DNA of 64,000 nucleotides from Spironucleus salmonicida (Eukaryota), in assembly GCF_000497125.1 (NCBI RefSeq), contig NC_090601.1, forward strand, positions 1,116,001 through 1,180,000, in the 5' to 3' direction. Position numbers and translations under genes: made by a program. Of the stretch, positions 25,852 through 39,060 are shown piece after piece (within the stretch, counting starts at the first letter, position 1; every line of letters starts with the position of its first letter). The notes beneath the pieces were generated by a model that worked only from the letters and a program-made list of their open reading frames with translations, was not told the DNA's origin and ran no database searches.

Positions 25852-26163
25852 ATGCGAGATATGTCGTTAGCACGACGTAGGGGGTAACACACAAGTGATC
25901 AAAGAAATAAACGTAAATAATGTGTATTGCCGTAAAAGTTATAATAAATACCCGACTGTGGAATTAGTACTCATATACCTCCTTTACAAACCCCATCTTA
26001 ACTCACATCAAACAGGTTGTGCCAGACTATGAATTAAATGCTCCTGGTAGATACATTAAATAAGGAAGATATCTCATAAGGTGAAGATAGGACTGACTAT
26101 ACCCTACATAACATCTAGTCTGAAATTCAACAGCTTGAATGCCTCAAGTTGGTGATAAAATGA
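25852..26163 (+). CDS. Hypothetical protein, 103 aa, in the invertible spacer
   Basis: Code-6 ORF MRDMSLARRRGQ...LKLVIK* behind an AT-rich upstream element. Confidence 0.5.
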
Positions 26164-27700
26164 TCTTTTGTGCTCAGTTATGATAAGCTTCAAACGCACC
26201 AACCGCTAAATATTAAGTTGGAAACTGCATACTCTAGTAAGGTTTAGGGGGTTATAATACTAAATTTATTTTAAATCATTTTAGGTAAAGTATAGCATCT
26301 AAATTATTAAGTTATCCGTTACGAGTACTCTATTTTCTATATATAGTTATTATATTAAGTAATTAATTATGAATTTATTCATATCAATGTTAGTACTTCG
26401 CCGAATTTTGATTTTTAACTTTTATCATAGAGAGTTATATAGATATTATAAGGAGCACTAGCAAAAATTACTAAAATTATATTAAAAATTAGATGCCATT
26501 AATTGATATTTATTATATAAGCTAATTTATAGTATCTAATCAGAATAAATTAAAATATATTCTAAATATTATTTTGTTTAAGAAGGTCTTCTTCTAATTT
26601 TCATTAATCTTTTAAAATTGACCTATCTGTCAATCATGATTATGTTTTATAATTTTCAAGTTTAAATATAAGATTTGTTATGATATAGAAATGTAGTAAT
26701 GTAATATTTTATACTAACTAAGTAAAGTTTGATCTTTGAATAATCATTACCATAAATATATTTTTTAAAATGTTAATAATTTTTAAATAATTATCTAGGT
26801 TAGAAACTTATAATACCAAAATGATCTAGTTATTCTGATTTTTGTAAGGCATCATACATATTAGTGTTAAACATACAGTATAACATCAATTATCTGGTAC
26901 TATTATTAACTATAAGTGTTACGAATCTTTTACTGCTAGAAAGGAATATTAGTTATTTTGAAGTTTATTCGCTCAAACGACTTAACCATATATTTAATTT
27001 CTAACTATATCGAAAATCCTGCTACTTTTTCCATAATGAGCACAATAAAGTTATTTCTCTATCGTAATTTTATTTAGTTCATATACTCATATTTATTATA
27101 TGCAATTGAATACATGGTTATTATTTAGACTTATTATTTGTGATAACCGCTCATAACTTAAGACTGTTAAATTTTCCTATAGATAAATTATTTAGTAACG
27201 TTTAAAGTAAAGTATATTAATAATTTGGAAAAGCATAAGATACCTGATACTTATAATTTGTATTCCTTATTGATAATTAGAAAATGTATTAATCAAGCGT
27301 ATTCGGCTATATAAATAATAGAAAATTCCAAAACCCGTTTATTGTAGTCTTAGTGATGGTCTAAAATATCAAACAAATTGTAAACTTTACATCCAAAACC
27401 TGACCTTATCTTTAATACTCATTGCCAAAATTCATTATTAATATAGATTATATCAATTTCTTAGTATAAATAACCCAGATATTTGCTACTGAGTAATATC
27501 CTGAAAAGATACAAAATAAAAAAATACAATAACACTACACCTTGTGTTTATATTTCAGTAACAATTTTAAAAAATACTATACAAAATGTAAAAAGATTAT
27601 TCACTCATTATAGGCATAAACACTTTAATTAGCTAATGGTTTATTTGGAAATATTCGTATTATGATGAAAAAGTAGACAACGTATTAGGATAAATTTCGT

Positions 27701-28093
27701 TCATTTGTTTACATTTATCTGGATATTTAATAATGCCTACTAATATTGGCACATACGGGTCCTTCGAGCTCCACGAAACACAGTGGTAGATTCTATTTAT
27801 TCCTTGCGAATAAGTTGATTTTAATCAATAAACATGAACTATGGAACTTTTAAAGTTTCATATTTTCGAAAACTACGGTGTACATAATAGTTTGGTTACT
27901 ATTTTGGACAAGATGGGATATTAAAGTCTATAATGACATTATGTTTATATGGCAGTAATACTAAATTCGGTGCATATTCAAAGTCATTAGATATCTAATA
28001 ACTGTGCAACGTGGATGGGGGCTTCATAGGATGCACTTTAGAGTACTAAAAAGATTTAACTGCGTGCATTTGGAAGGAGATAGTATGTCCCAT
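27701..28093 (-). CDS. Hypothetical protein, 130 aa, in the invertible spacer
   Basis: Code-6 ORF MGHTISFQMHAVKSF...NIQINVNK*. Confidence 0.55.
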
Positions 28094-28448
28094 TTATTAT
28101 ACACAGAAATCTTAAATTATCATTCGAGGAGCTTAGCCGCTTTTCTAGCCTGTGCGGAATCTAGTACGTCTAGAATCTGAGGACGATCGATATGCGCATA
28201 TACAGGCGGGTGTGCCTATACTATACCTCTCTAGCTATGTTCCGCGGCGACGGCGGACTTTTAAGACTATTATGACAAGAAAACTTGGTTAAGGTTCTCA
28301 ATCTGTGAGGCCTTGTAAATCTTTGCATTCACGTGTTCCATTCGTGATCATGTGGCCCGTTTTATATAATAATCTCCACCCCGCTCTGTTAGTTCAATAT
28401 TATATACACCACTCCACAAATTCTCCTCTCCTCTTTCACTTCCTCCAA

Positions 28449-29021
28449 ATGGAATTTATTAAGGACCTCCTCCTTAGGATATCAGATATCGGCGTCATTG
28501 GTGTCAATGATGGTGTATTTGACAGAGATTTCCGCCCTGACTCAGAGGATGTCAAGGATCAGCGTGTAACACGCGAGATTCTCAAAGAAGTGTTTGGAAA
28601 GTTTGGTTTCATCAAGCATGTAGACTATGCCGCTGGTAAGACTGAGGCCGTGCTAAGGTTTTCTGAATAAGACGTTGATGCAACCAAGAACGTTATGGAA
28701 GAGTTTGCCGAGACACCTCTTGTCCTTGGGCAGAATGAGGTTAAGTTGTCCATCGTCAGTGGTGACGAGGAAGCCGAAGTATATAAGAACATTAGAGAAA
28801 GCTTTGCAAAACGTGGTGATAACCGTGGTGGATTCAATGGCGGTGACAGACGCGGAGGATATAATGACAGACGCGGTGGTGACAGAGATGGTGGTGATAG
28901 ACGTGGCGGTTATAATGATAGGCGTGGTGGTGATAGGGACGGCGGCGACAGGCGTGGTGGATACGAGAAAAGAGATGGCGGTGATAGACGTGGCGGGTAT
29001 GAGAGGCGCGACTACAAGTGA
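28449..29021 (+). CDS. xRRM+RGG RNA-binding protein (copy 2)
   Basis: As copy 1, with one K->N SNP (AAG->AAC at 28691). Confidence 0.85.
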
Positions 29022-29734
29022 TATCTTTGATGCAGGGCTGTATAATTTAGGGACGATGAAGTGAGTAAAATACTATTCATTTTAGTTTAGCGCAGAAAGG
29101 TTGTACGCGCATTCTTTGGGCACTACATCATTTCTCAATATCGAAAAGGTTGCTGCAGCTACGCATAAAACTTTGCCTTCGGATGAGTTTTATATGGCTC
29201 GGTTCTTGCAGCCCGTCCTCCTACTCAACAAAGCTCCCCTTCCTTACTTTATTGACCACGCGCCATTCGCTCTCAGCTGCTTCACGAACTTTATCTATAT
29301 CGGCGAGCCGCTATTGGAGTCGAATGTGAGGGATGATGTCCTGGGTGAAATCCCTGAACCTAAAAAATTGCAAGTGCTAGTGTTATATAAAATAACATTT
29401 AAATACATACTAATTATTAAAACACTTCTTACAAATCTTCAGATTTAACAAAAAAATGGTTATTTTAAAATATTTACAAGCAAAATCTTTATTGATAATG
29501 AAGTTTATATCAAGTTTTCATCTTTGAATGAATATTATTACTGAAATTTGGGAAAATACGGATAAAATATCATTAATATTATCAGTTTGAATTTAATTTC
29601 AGGATGTGCAATATTTTATTAATTTATGATAAGGTATTACATTCATAATTTAATGTAAAGCTATAGACGATTATTTCTAATCTATATTCATAGATCCATA
29701 AATAATTAAATTACACATCGTGGTAGCGCTTTAA

Positions 29735-30064
29735 TCATTTTAAATCTGCTTGTTTTCGGATTTCGCAATTTTCAAGTTAAAGGTCTCGATTAAAAGTTTA
29801 TAATAATATTAACTGTTCACGAAAATCAAGTATTTGATCAATATATTCTTCACATTTAGTCATAAGATGTTATTTTTATGCTAGGAGATCAACTTTATCT
29901 AGTTCAAGTGTTAAAATTTTCTACCGAAGAAGCGTTAGTTCAGATAAACCCACTTCAGGTATGGAGTTTTACTTTACTTATTTTATTTCATCTGTATTTT
30001 ATTCTTTAAGTTCGCTAAGACGTTTTCTGAATAAGTTATTACATTAATTTAGGGACAGATTCAT
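29735..30064 (-). CDS. Hypothetical coiled-coil protein, 109 aa (copy 1)
   Basis: Code-6 ORF MNLSLNQCNNLFRKRLSELKEQ...RKQADLK*. Confidence 0.55.
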
Positions 30065-30289
30065 TTATACTAGCGAATTTTAAATTATTATATTATATTA
30101 TGTATAGTATAAATATATTTATATAAAATGTATAGAAAAGTTTTATATCTATAGTATTTAATCTACCATAGATTACTTCATTAATAGTTTAATTTATAAT
30201 TGATACCATTGGTGCTGTATTTACCGATCTAAAATATTACTATCATATTTAGTATATATCGGCGCGCTAAGATCAACTCTAATTATTAA

Positions 30290-30769
30290 ATGAGAACCGT
30301 GATTAAACCAGTAAATAAACCACACATCTAAAAATATAGTGAGCAGTATTCGCATAAATCAACTCTCTTACCGTGCATGAAGAACAAATCTTTCTAGATG
30401 CCTTCATTACACGCAAGTTCCTTTAGTGTTCCGTAGGCATATCTTACTAAACCTGTCCGAAGCTTAATCCTGAGAAATGTATACCCAGAACAAACAGATT
30501 AAATTCCGGTATTAAAAAGATAGATATCTTAGATAAGCTTCAGGGATTTCACCCAGGACATCATCCCTCACATTCGACTCCAATAGCGGCTCGCCGATAT
30601 AGATAAAGTTCGTGAAGCAGCTGAGAGCGAATGGCGCGTGGTCAATAAAGTAAGGAAGGGGAGCTTTGTTGAGTAGGAGGACGGGCTGCAAGAACCGAGC
30701 CATATAAAACTCATCCGAAGGCAAAGTTTTATGCGTAGCTGCAGCAACCTTTTCGATATTGAGAAATGA
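30290..30769 (+). CDS. Hypothetical protein, 159 aa (copy 2)
   Basis: Direct repeat of 24135-24614. Confidence 0.6.
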
Positions 30770-30875
30770 TGTAGTGCCCAAAGAATGCGCGTACAACCTT
30801 TCTGCGCTAAACTAAAATGAATAGTATTTTACTCACTTCATCGTCCCTAAATTATACAGCCCTGCATCAAAGATA

Positions 30876-31448
30876 TCACTTGTAGTCGCGCCTCTCATAC
30901 CCGCCACGTCTATCACCGCCATCTCTTTTCTCGTATCCACCACGCCTGTCGCCGCCGTCCCTATCACCACCACGCCTATCATTATAACCGCCACGTCTAT
31001 CACCACCATCTCTGTCACCACCGCGTCTGTCATTATATCCTCCGCGTCTGTCACCGCCATTGAATCCACCACGGTTATCACCACGTTTTGCAAAGCTTTC
31101 TCTAATGTTCTTATATACTTCGGCTTCCTCGTCACCACTGACGATGGACAACTTAACCTCATTCTGCCCAAGGACAAGAGGTGTCTCGGCAAACTCTTCC
31201 ATAACGTTCTTGGTTGCATCAACGTCTTATTCAGAAAACCTTAGCACGGCCTCAGTCTTACCAGCGGCATAGTCTACATGCTTGATGAAACCAAACTTTC
31301 CAAACACTTCTTTGAGAATCTCGCGTGTTACACGCTGATCCTTGACATCCTCTGAGTCAGGGCGGAAATCTCTGTCAAATACACCATCATTGACACCAAT
31401 GACGCCGATATCTGATATCCTAAGGAGGAGGTCCTTAATAAATTCCAT
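30876..31448 (-). CDS. xRRM+RGG RNA-binding protein (copy 3)
   Basis: Carries the same SNP as copy 2. Confidence 0.85.
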
Positions 31449-31803
31449 TTGGAGGAAGTGAAAGAGGAGAGGAGAATTTGTGGAGTGGTGTATATAATAT
31501 TGAACTAACAGAGCGGGGTGGAGATTATTATATAAAACGGGCCACATGATCACGAATGGAACACGTGAATGCAAAGATTTACAAGGCCTCACAGATTGAG
31601 AACCTTAACCAAGTTTTCTTGTCATAATAGTCTTAAAAGTCCGCCGTCGCCGCGGAACATAGCTAGAGAGGTATAGTATAGGCACACCCGCCTGTATATG
31701 CGCATATCGATCGTCCTCAGATTCTAGACGTACTAGATTCCGCACAGGCTAGAAAAGCGGCTAAGCTCCTCGAATGATAATTTAAGATTTCTGTGTATAA
31801 TAA

Positions 31804-32196
31804 ATGGGACATACTATCTCCTTCCAAATGCACGCAGTTAAATCTTTTTAGTACTCTAAAGTGCATCCTATGAAGCCCCCATCCACGTTGCACAGTTATT
31901 AGATATCTAATGACTTTGAATATGCACCGAATTTAGTATTACTGCCATATAAACATAATGTCATTATAGACTTTAATATCCCATCTTGTCCAAAATAGTA
32001 ACCAAACTATTATGTACACCGTAGTTTTCGAAAATATGAAACTTTAAAAGTTCCATAGTTCATGTTTATTGATTAAAATCAACTTATTCGCAAGGAATAA
32101 ATAGAATCTACCACTGTGTTTCGTGGAGCTCGAAGGACCCGTATGTGCCAATATTAGTAGGCATTATTAAATATCCAGATAAATGTAAACAAATGA
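31804..32196 (+). CDS. Hypothetical protein, 130 aa (inverted spacer copy)
   Basis: Reverse complement of 27701-28093. Confidence 0.55.
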
Positions 32197-33733
32197 ACGA
32201 AATTTATCCTAATACGTTGTCTACTTTTTCATCATAATACGAATATTTCCAAATAAACCATTAGCTAATTAAAGTGTTTATGCCTATAATGAGTGAATAA
32301 TCTTTTTACATTTTGTATAGTATTTTTTAAAATTGTTACTGAAATATAAACACAAGGTGTAGTGTTATTGTATTTTTTTATTTTGTATCTTTTCAGGATA
32401 TTACTCAGTAGCAAATATCTGGGTTATTTATACTAAGAAATTGATATAATCTATATTAATAATGAATTTTGGCAATGAGTATTAAAGATAAGGTCAGGTT
32501 TTGGATGTAAAGTTTACAATTTGTTTGATATTTTAGACCATCACTAAGACTACAATAAACGGGTTTTGGAATTTTCTATTATTTATATAGCCGAATACGC
32601 TTGATTAATACATTTTCTAATTATCAATAAGGAATACAAATTATAAGTATCAGGTATCTTATGCTTTTCCAAATTATTAATATACTTTACTTTAAACGTT
32701 ACTAAATAATTTATCTATAGGAAAATTTAACAGTCTTAAGTTATGAGCGGTTATCACAAATAATAAGTCTAAATAATAACCATGTATTCAATTGCATATA
32801 ATAAATATGAGTATATGAACTAAATAAAATTACGATAGAGAAATAACTTTATTGTGCTCATTATGGAAAAAGTAGCAGGATTTTCGATATAGTTAGAAAT
32901 TAAATATATGGTTAAGTCGTTTGAGCGAATAAACTTCAAAATAACTAATATTCCTTTCTAGCAGTAAAAGATTCGTAACACTTATAGTTAATAATAGTAC
33001 CAGATAATTGATGTTATACTGTATGTTTAACACTAATATGTATGATGCCTTACAAAAATCAGAATAACTAGATCATTTTGGTATTATAAGTTTCTAACCT
33101 AGATAATTATTTAAAAATTATTAACATTTTAAAAAATATATTTATGGTAATGATTATTCAAAGATCAAACTTTACTTAGTTAGTATAAAATATTACATTA
33201 CTACATTTCTATATCATAACAAATCTTATATTTAAACTTGAAAATTATAAAACATAATCATGATTGACAGATAGGTCAATTTTAAAAGATTAATGAAAAT
33301 TAGAAGAAGACCTTCTTAAACAAAATAATATTTAGAATATATTTTAATTTATTCTGATTAGATACTATAAATTAGCTTATATAATAAATATCAATTAATG
33401 GCATCTAATTTTTAATATAATTTTAGTAATTTTTGCTAGTGCTCCTTATAATATCTATATAACTCTCTATGATAAAAGTTAAAAATCAAAATTCGGCGAA
33501 GTACTAACATTGATATGAATAAATTCATAATTAATTACTTAATATAATAACTATATATAGAAAATAGAGTACTCGTAACGGATAACTTAATAATTTAGAT
33601 GCTATACTTTACCTAAAATGATTTAAAATAAATTTAGTATTATAACCCCCTAAACCTTACTAGAGTATGCAGTTTCCAACTTAATATTTAGCGGTTGGTG
33701 CGTTTGAAGCTTATCATAACTGAGCACAAAAGA

Positions 33734-34045
33734 TCATTTTATCACCAACTTGAGGCATTCAAGCTGTTGAATTTCAGACTAGATGTTATGTAGGGTATAG
33801 TCAGTCCTATCTTCACCTTATGAGATATCTTCCTTATTTAATGTATCTACCAGGAGCATTTAATTCATAGTCTGGCACAACCTGTTTGATGTGAGTTAAG
33901 ATGGGGTTTGTAAAGGAGGTATATGAGTACTAATTCCACAGTCGGGTATTTATTATAACTTTTACGGCAATACACATTATTTACGTTTATTTCTTTGATC
34001 ACTTGTGTGTTACCCCCTACGTCGTGCTAACGACATATCTCGCAT
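33734..34045 (-). CDS. Hypothetical protein, 103 aa (inverted spacer copy)
   Basis: Reverse complement of 25852-26163. Confidence 0.5.
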
Positions 34046-34602
34046 TTGCTAAGATCAAATAATCTATAATTTTTATATATTAATGGTATATAAATATATT
34101 AAAGCTCTAAAAACCATAGAATATCAAACTCTCAGTGTTCAACAGAATAGATGAGAGAAATACGGATAGTGATTATTCATGAACATTGATCAATATAAAC
34201 CTCTATGTTGAAGAGACAGCAAAATATACTTTACAAAATTGATAATGAATGAGTATCAATATACCTGAAATTATCATTCGAGGAGCTTAGCCGCTTTTCT
34301 AGCCTGTGCGGAATCTAGTACGTCTAGAATCTGAGGACGATCGATATGCGCATATACAGGCGGGTGTGCCTATACTATACCTCTCTAGCTATGTTCCGCG
34401 GCGACGGCGGACTTTTAAGACTATTATGACAAGAAAACTTGGTTAAGGTTCTCAATCTGTGAGGCCTTGTAAATCTTTGCATTCACGTGTTCCATTCGTG
34501 ATCATGTGGCCCGTTTTATATAATAATCTCCACCCCGCTCTGTTAGTTCAATATTATATACACCACTCCACAAATTCTCCTCTCCTCTTTCACTTCCTCC
34601 AA

Positions 34603-35175
34603 ATGGAATTTATTAAGGACCTCCTCCTTAGGATATCAGATATCGGCGTCATTGGTGTCAATGATGGTGTATTTGACAGAGATTTCCGCCCTGACTCAGA
34701 GGATGTCAAGGATCAGCGTGTAACACGCGAGATTCTCAAAGAAGTGTTTGGAAAGTTTGGTTTCATCAAGCATGTAGACTATGCCGCTGGTAAGACTGAG
34801 GCCGTGCTAAGGTTTTCTGAATAAGACGTTGATGCAACCAAGAAGGTTATGGAAGAGTTTGCCGAGACACCTCTTGTCCTTGGGCAGAATGAGGTTAAGT
34901 TGTCCATCGTCAGTGGTGACGAGGAAGCCGAAGTATATAAGAACATTAGAGAAAGCTTTGCAAAACGTGGTGATAACCGTGGTGGATTCAATGGCGGTGA
35001 CAGACGCGGAGGATATAATGACAGACGCGGTGGTGACAGAGATGGTGGTGATAGACGTGGCGGTTATAATGATAGGCGTGGTGGTGATAGGGACGGCGGC
35101 GACAGGCGTGGTGGATACGAGAAAAGAGATGGCGGTGATAGACGTGGCGGGTATGAGAGGCGCGACTACAAGTGA
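34603..35175 (+). CDS. xRRM+RGG RNA-binding protein (copy 4)
   Basis: Same allele as copy 1. Confidence 0.85.
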
Positions 35176-35889
35176 TATCTTTGATGCAGGGCTGTATAAT
35201 TTAGGGACGATGAAGTGAGTAAAATACTATTCATTTTAGTTTAGCGCAGAAAGGTTGTACGCGCATTCTTTGGGGCACTACATCATTTCTCAATATCGAA
35301 AAGGTTGCTGCAGCTACGCATAAAACTTTGCCTTCGGATGAGTTTTATATGGCTCGGTTCTTGCAGCCCGTCCTCCTACTCAACAAAGCTCCCCTTCCTT
35401 ACTTTATTGACCACGCGCCATTCGCTCTCAGCTGCTTCACGAACTTTATCTATATCGGCGAGCCGCTATTGGAGTCGAATGTGAGGGATGATGTCCTGGG
35501 TGAAATCCCTGAACCTAAAAAATTGCAAGTGCTAGTGTTATATAAAATAACATTTAAATACATACTAATTATTAAAACACTTCTTACAAATCTTCAGATT
35601 TAACAAAAAAATGGTTATTTTAAAATATTTACAAGCAAAATCTTTATTGATAATGAAGTTTATATCAAGTTTTCATCTTTGAATGAATATTATTACTGAA
35701 ATTTGGGAAAATACGGATAAAATATCATTAATATTATCAGTTTGAATTTAATTTCAGGATGTGCAATATTTTATTAATTTATGATAAGGTATTACATTCA
35801 TAATTTAATGTAAAGCTATAGACGATTATTTCTAATCTATATTCATAGATCCATAAATAATTAAATTACACATCGTGGTAGCGCTTTAA

Positions 35890-36219
35890 TCATTTTAAAT
35901 CTGCTTGTTTTCGGATTTCGCAATTTTCAAGTTAAAGGTCTCGATTAAAAGTTTATAATAATATTAACTGTTCACGAAAATCAAGTATTTGATCAATATA
36001 TTCTTCACATTTAGTCATAAGATGTTATTTTTATGCTAGGAGATCAACTTTATCTAGTTCAAGTGTTAAAATTTTCTACCGAAGAAGCGTTAGTTCAGAT
36101 AAACCCACTTCAGGTATGGAGTTTTACTTTACTTATTTTATTTCATCTGTATTTTATTCTTTAAGTTCGCTAAGACGTTTTCTGAATAAGTTATTACATT
36201 AATTTAGGGACAGATTCAT
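35890..36219 (-). CDS. Hypothetical coiled-coil protein, 109 aa (copy 2)
   Basis: Direct repeat of 29735-30064. Confidence 0.55.
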
Positions 36220-36444
36220 TTATACTAGCGAATTTTAAATTATTATATTATATTATGTATAGTATAAATATATTTATATAAAATGTATAGAAAAGTTTTA
36301 TATCTATAGTATTTAATCTACCATAGATTACTTCATTAATAGTTTAATTTATAATTGATACCATTGGTGCTGTATTTACCGATCTAAAATATTACTATCA
36401 TATTTAGTATATATCGGCGCGCTAAGATCAACTCTAATTATTAA

Positions 36445-36924
36445 ATGAGAACCGTGATTAAACCAGTAAATAAACCACACATCTAAAAATATAGTGAGCA
36501 GTATTCGCATAAATCAACTCTCTTACCGTGCATGAAGAACAAATCTTTCTAGATGCCTTCATTACACGCAAGTTCCTTTAGTGTTCCGTAGGCATATCTT
36601 ACTAAACCTGTCCGAAGCTTAATCCTGAGAAATGTATACCCAGAACAAACAGATTAAATTCCGGTATTAAAAAGATAGATATCTTAGATAAGCTTCAGGG
36701 ATTTCACCCAGGACATCATCCCTCACATTCGACTCCAATAGCGGCTCGCCGATATAGATAAAGTTCGTGAAGCAGCTGAGAGCGAATGGCGCGTGGTCAA
36801 TAAAGTAAGGAAGGGGAGCTTTGTTGAGTAGGAGGACGGGCTGCAAGAACCGAGCCATATAAAACTCATCCGAAGGCAAAGTTTTATGCGTAGCTGCAGC
36901 AACCTTTTCGATATTGAGAAATGA
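36445..36924 (+). CDS. Hypothetical protein, 159 aa (copy 3)
   Basis: Direct repeat of 24135-24614. Confidence 0.6.
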
Positions 36925-37030
36925 TGTAGTGCCCAAAGAATGCGCGTACAACCTTTCTGCGCTAAACTAAAATGAATAGTATTTTACTCACTTCATCGTC
37001 CCTAAATTATACAGCCCTGCATCAAAGATA

Positions 37031-37603
37031 TCACTTGTAGTCGCGCCTCTCATACCCGCCACGTCTATCACCGCCATCTCTTTTCTCGTATCCACCACGC
37101 CTGTCGCCGCCGTCCCTATCACCACCACGCCTATCATTATAACCGCCACGTCTATCACCACCATCTCTGTCACCACCGCGTCTGTCATTATATCCTCCGC
37201 GTCTGTCACCGCCATTGAATCCACCACGGTTATCACCACGTTTTGCAAAGCTTTCTCTAATGTTCTTATATACTTCGGCTTCCTCGTCACCACTGACGAT
37301 GGACAACTTAACCTCATTCTGCCCAAGGACAAGAGGTGTCTCGGCAAACTCTTCCATAACCTTCTTGGTTGCATCAACGTCTTATTCAGAAAACCTTAGC
37401 ACGGCCTCAGTCTTACCAGCGGCATAGTCTACATGCTTGATGAAACCAAACTTTCCAAACACTTCTTTGAGAATCTCGCGTGTTACACGCTGATCCTTGA
37501 CATCCTCTGAGTCAGGGCGGAAATCTCTGTCAAATACACCATCATTGACACCAATGACGCCGATATCTGATATCCTAAGGAGGAGGTCCTTAATAAATTC
37601 CAT
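37031..37603 (-). CDS. xRRM+RGG RNA-binding protein (copy 5)
   Basis: Same coding allele as copy 1. Confidence 0.85.
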
Positions 37604-38160
37604 TTGGAGGAAGTGAAAGAGGAGAGGAGAATTTGTGGAGTGGTGTATATAATATTGAACTAACAGAGCGGGGTGGAGATTATTATATAAAACGGGCCAC
37701 ATGATCACGAATGGAACACGTGAATGCAAAGATTTACAAGGCCTCACAGATTGAGAACCTTAACCAAGTTTTCTTGTCATAATAGTCTTAAAAGTCCGCC
37801 GTCGCCGCGGAACATAGCTAGAGAGGTATAGTATAGGCACACCCGCCTGTATATGCGCATATCGATCGTCCTCAGATTCTAGACGTACTAGATTCCGCAC
37901 AGGCTAGAAAAGCGGCTAAGCTCCTCGAATGATAATTTCAGGTATATTGATACTCATTCATTATCAATTTTGTAAAGTATATTTTGCTGTCTCTTCAACA
38001 TAGAGGTTTATATTGATCAATGTTCATGAATAATCACTATCCGTATTTCTCTCATCTATTCTGTTGAACACTGAGAGTTTGATATTCTATGGTTTTTAGA
38101 GCTTTAATATATTTATATACCATTAATATATAAAAATTATAGATTATTTGATCTTAGCAA

Positions 38161-38472
38161 ATGCGAGATATGTCGTTAGCACGACGTAGGGGGTAACACA
38201 CAAGTGATCAAAGAAATAAACGTAAATAATGTGTATTGCCGTAAAAGTTATAATAAATACCCGACTGTGGAATTAGTACTCATATACCTCCTTTACAAAC
38301 CCCATCTTAACTCACATCAAACAGGTTGTGCCAGACTATGAATTAAATGCTCCTGGTAGATACATTAAATAAGGAAGATATCTCATAAGGTGAAGATAGG
38401 ACTGACTATACCCTACATAACATCTAGTCTGAAATTCAACAGCTTGAATGCCTCAAGTTGGTGATAAAATGA
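38161..38472 (+). CDS. Hypothetical protein, 103 aa (third copy)
   Basis: Direct repeat of 25852-26163. Confidence 0.5.
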
Positions 38473-38679
38473 TCTTTTGTGCTCAGTTATGATAAGCTTC
38501 AAACGCACCAACCGCTAAATATTAAGTTGGAAACTGCATACTCTAGTAAGGTTTAGGGGGTTATAATGTTCACTTTTTATGATTTGTATTAATTGTTTGG
38601 TTTTAAATTTTATCTTATAGAGATTTAATATATTAAAGTTTCCTCAATTTTATTTACTTCCAATTTACCATTTCATAAA

Positions 38680-39036
38680 ATGACCAGGCAGGTGATGCGG
38701 TTCCAATTACAGTAGCTGGGTGACGAGCTGGAGATAGCGCGTATAGAAGTTTAGGAGGGCAAGGATGCCCAGATGGGGTCTGTGCTGCTGAAGGAGATTA
38801 GGATGCTGCAGGCGAGACTGGAGCTGCTGGACGCGAGGGCTGCAGAGGAAGGTATGTAGGTGGCAGCAGCATTGGAGGTCCAGAAGCGCACGGTATTGCG
38901 CATGGTTGGCTCGAGGGAGGCGCATCTCGCCGGAGAAAAGCGAGACGCGGCGGAGCGTGTAGCCACAGCTAAGCGCAGGGTCCAGGAACTCGGGGCGGCG
39001 CGTGAGGAGCTTCGCGGTCGCATCAGAGGCCTCTGA
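38680..39036 (+). CDS. Hypothetical coiled-coil protein, 118 aa, GC-rich
   Basis: Code-6 ORF MTRQVMRFQLQQLGDELEIAR...ELRGRIRGL*. Confidence 0.65.
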
Positions 39037-39060
39037 GTAATTCATCTAATTCCACTCCTA

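Larger units (their letters stand above)
24069..38567. repeat. Tandem array of about 2.4 units (period ~6155 bp), each containing IR2 (arms ~1245 bp, spacer 2484 bp); middle unit internally inverted
   Basis: Arms at 24384-25629, 28114-29358, 30539-31783, 34268-35513, 36694-37938; flanks repeat directly at 24069/30225/36380 and 29359/35514. Confidence 0.95.

Noticed and set aside
28305-28448. N-terminal extension of the xRRM protein (MRPCKSLH...)
   Set aside because: GTG start; the region contains TA-rich and C-rich promoter-like elements just before ATG 28449
29101-29448. Listed ORF MYAHSLGTTSF... and its copies
   Set aside because: Non-ATG start; antisense to the 3' half of the 159-aa gene; the G3/G4 indel breaks it in two copies
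38707-39045. Minus-strand ORF MNYSEASD... as a variable-tail partner of an ORF at 43150
   Set aside because: The + strand coiled-coil ORF 38680-39036 is the better reading; the shared MNY start is just the last 10 bp of the arm
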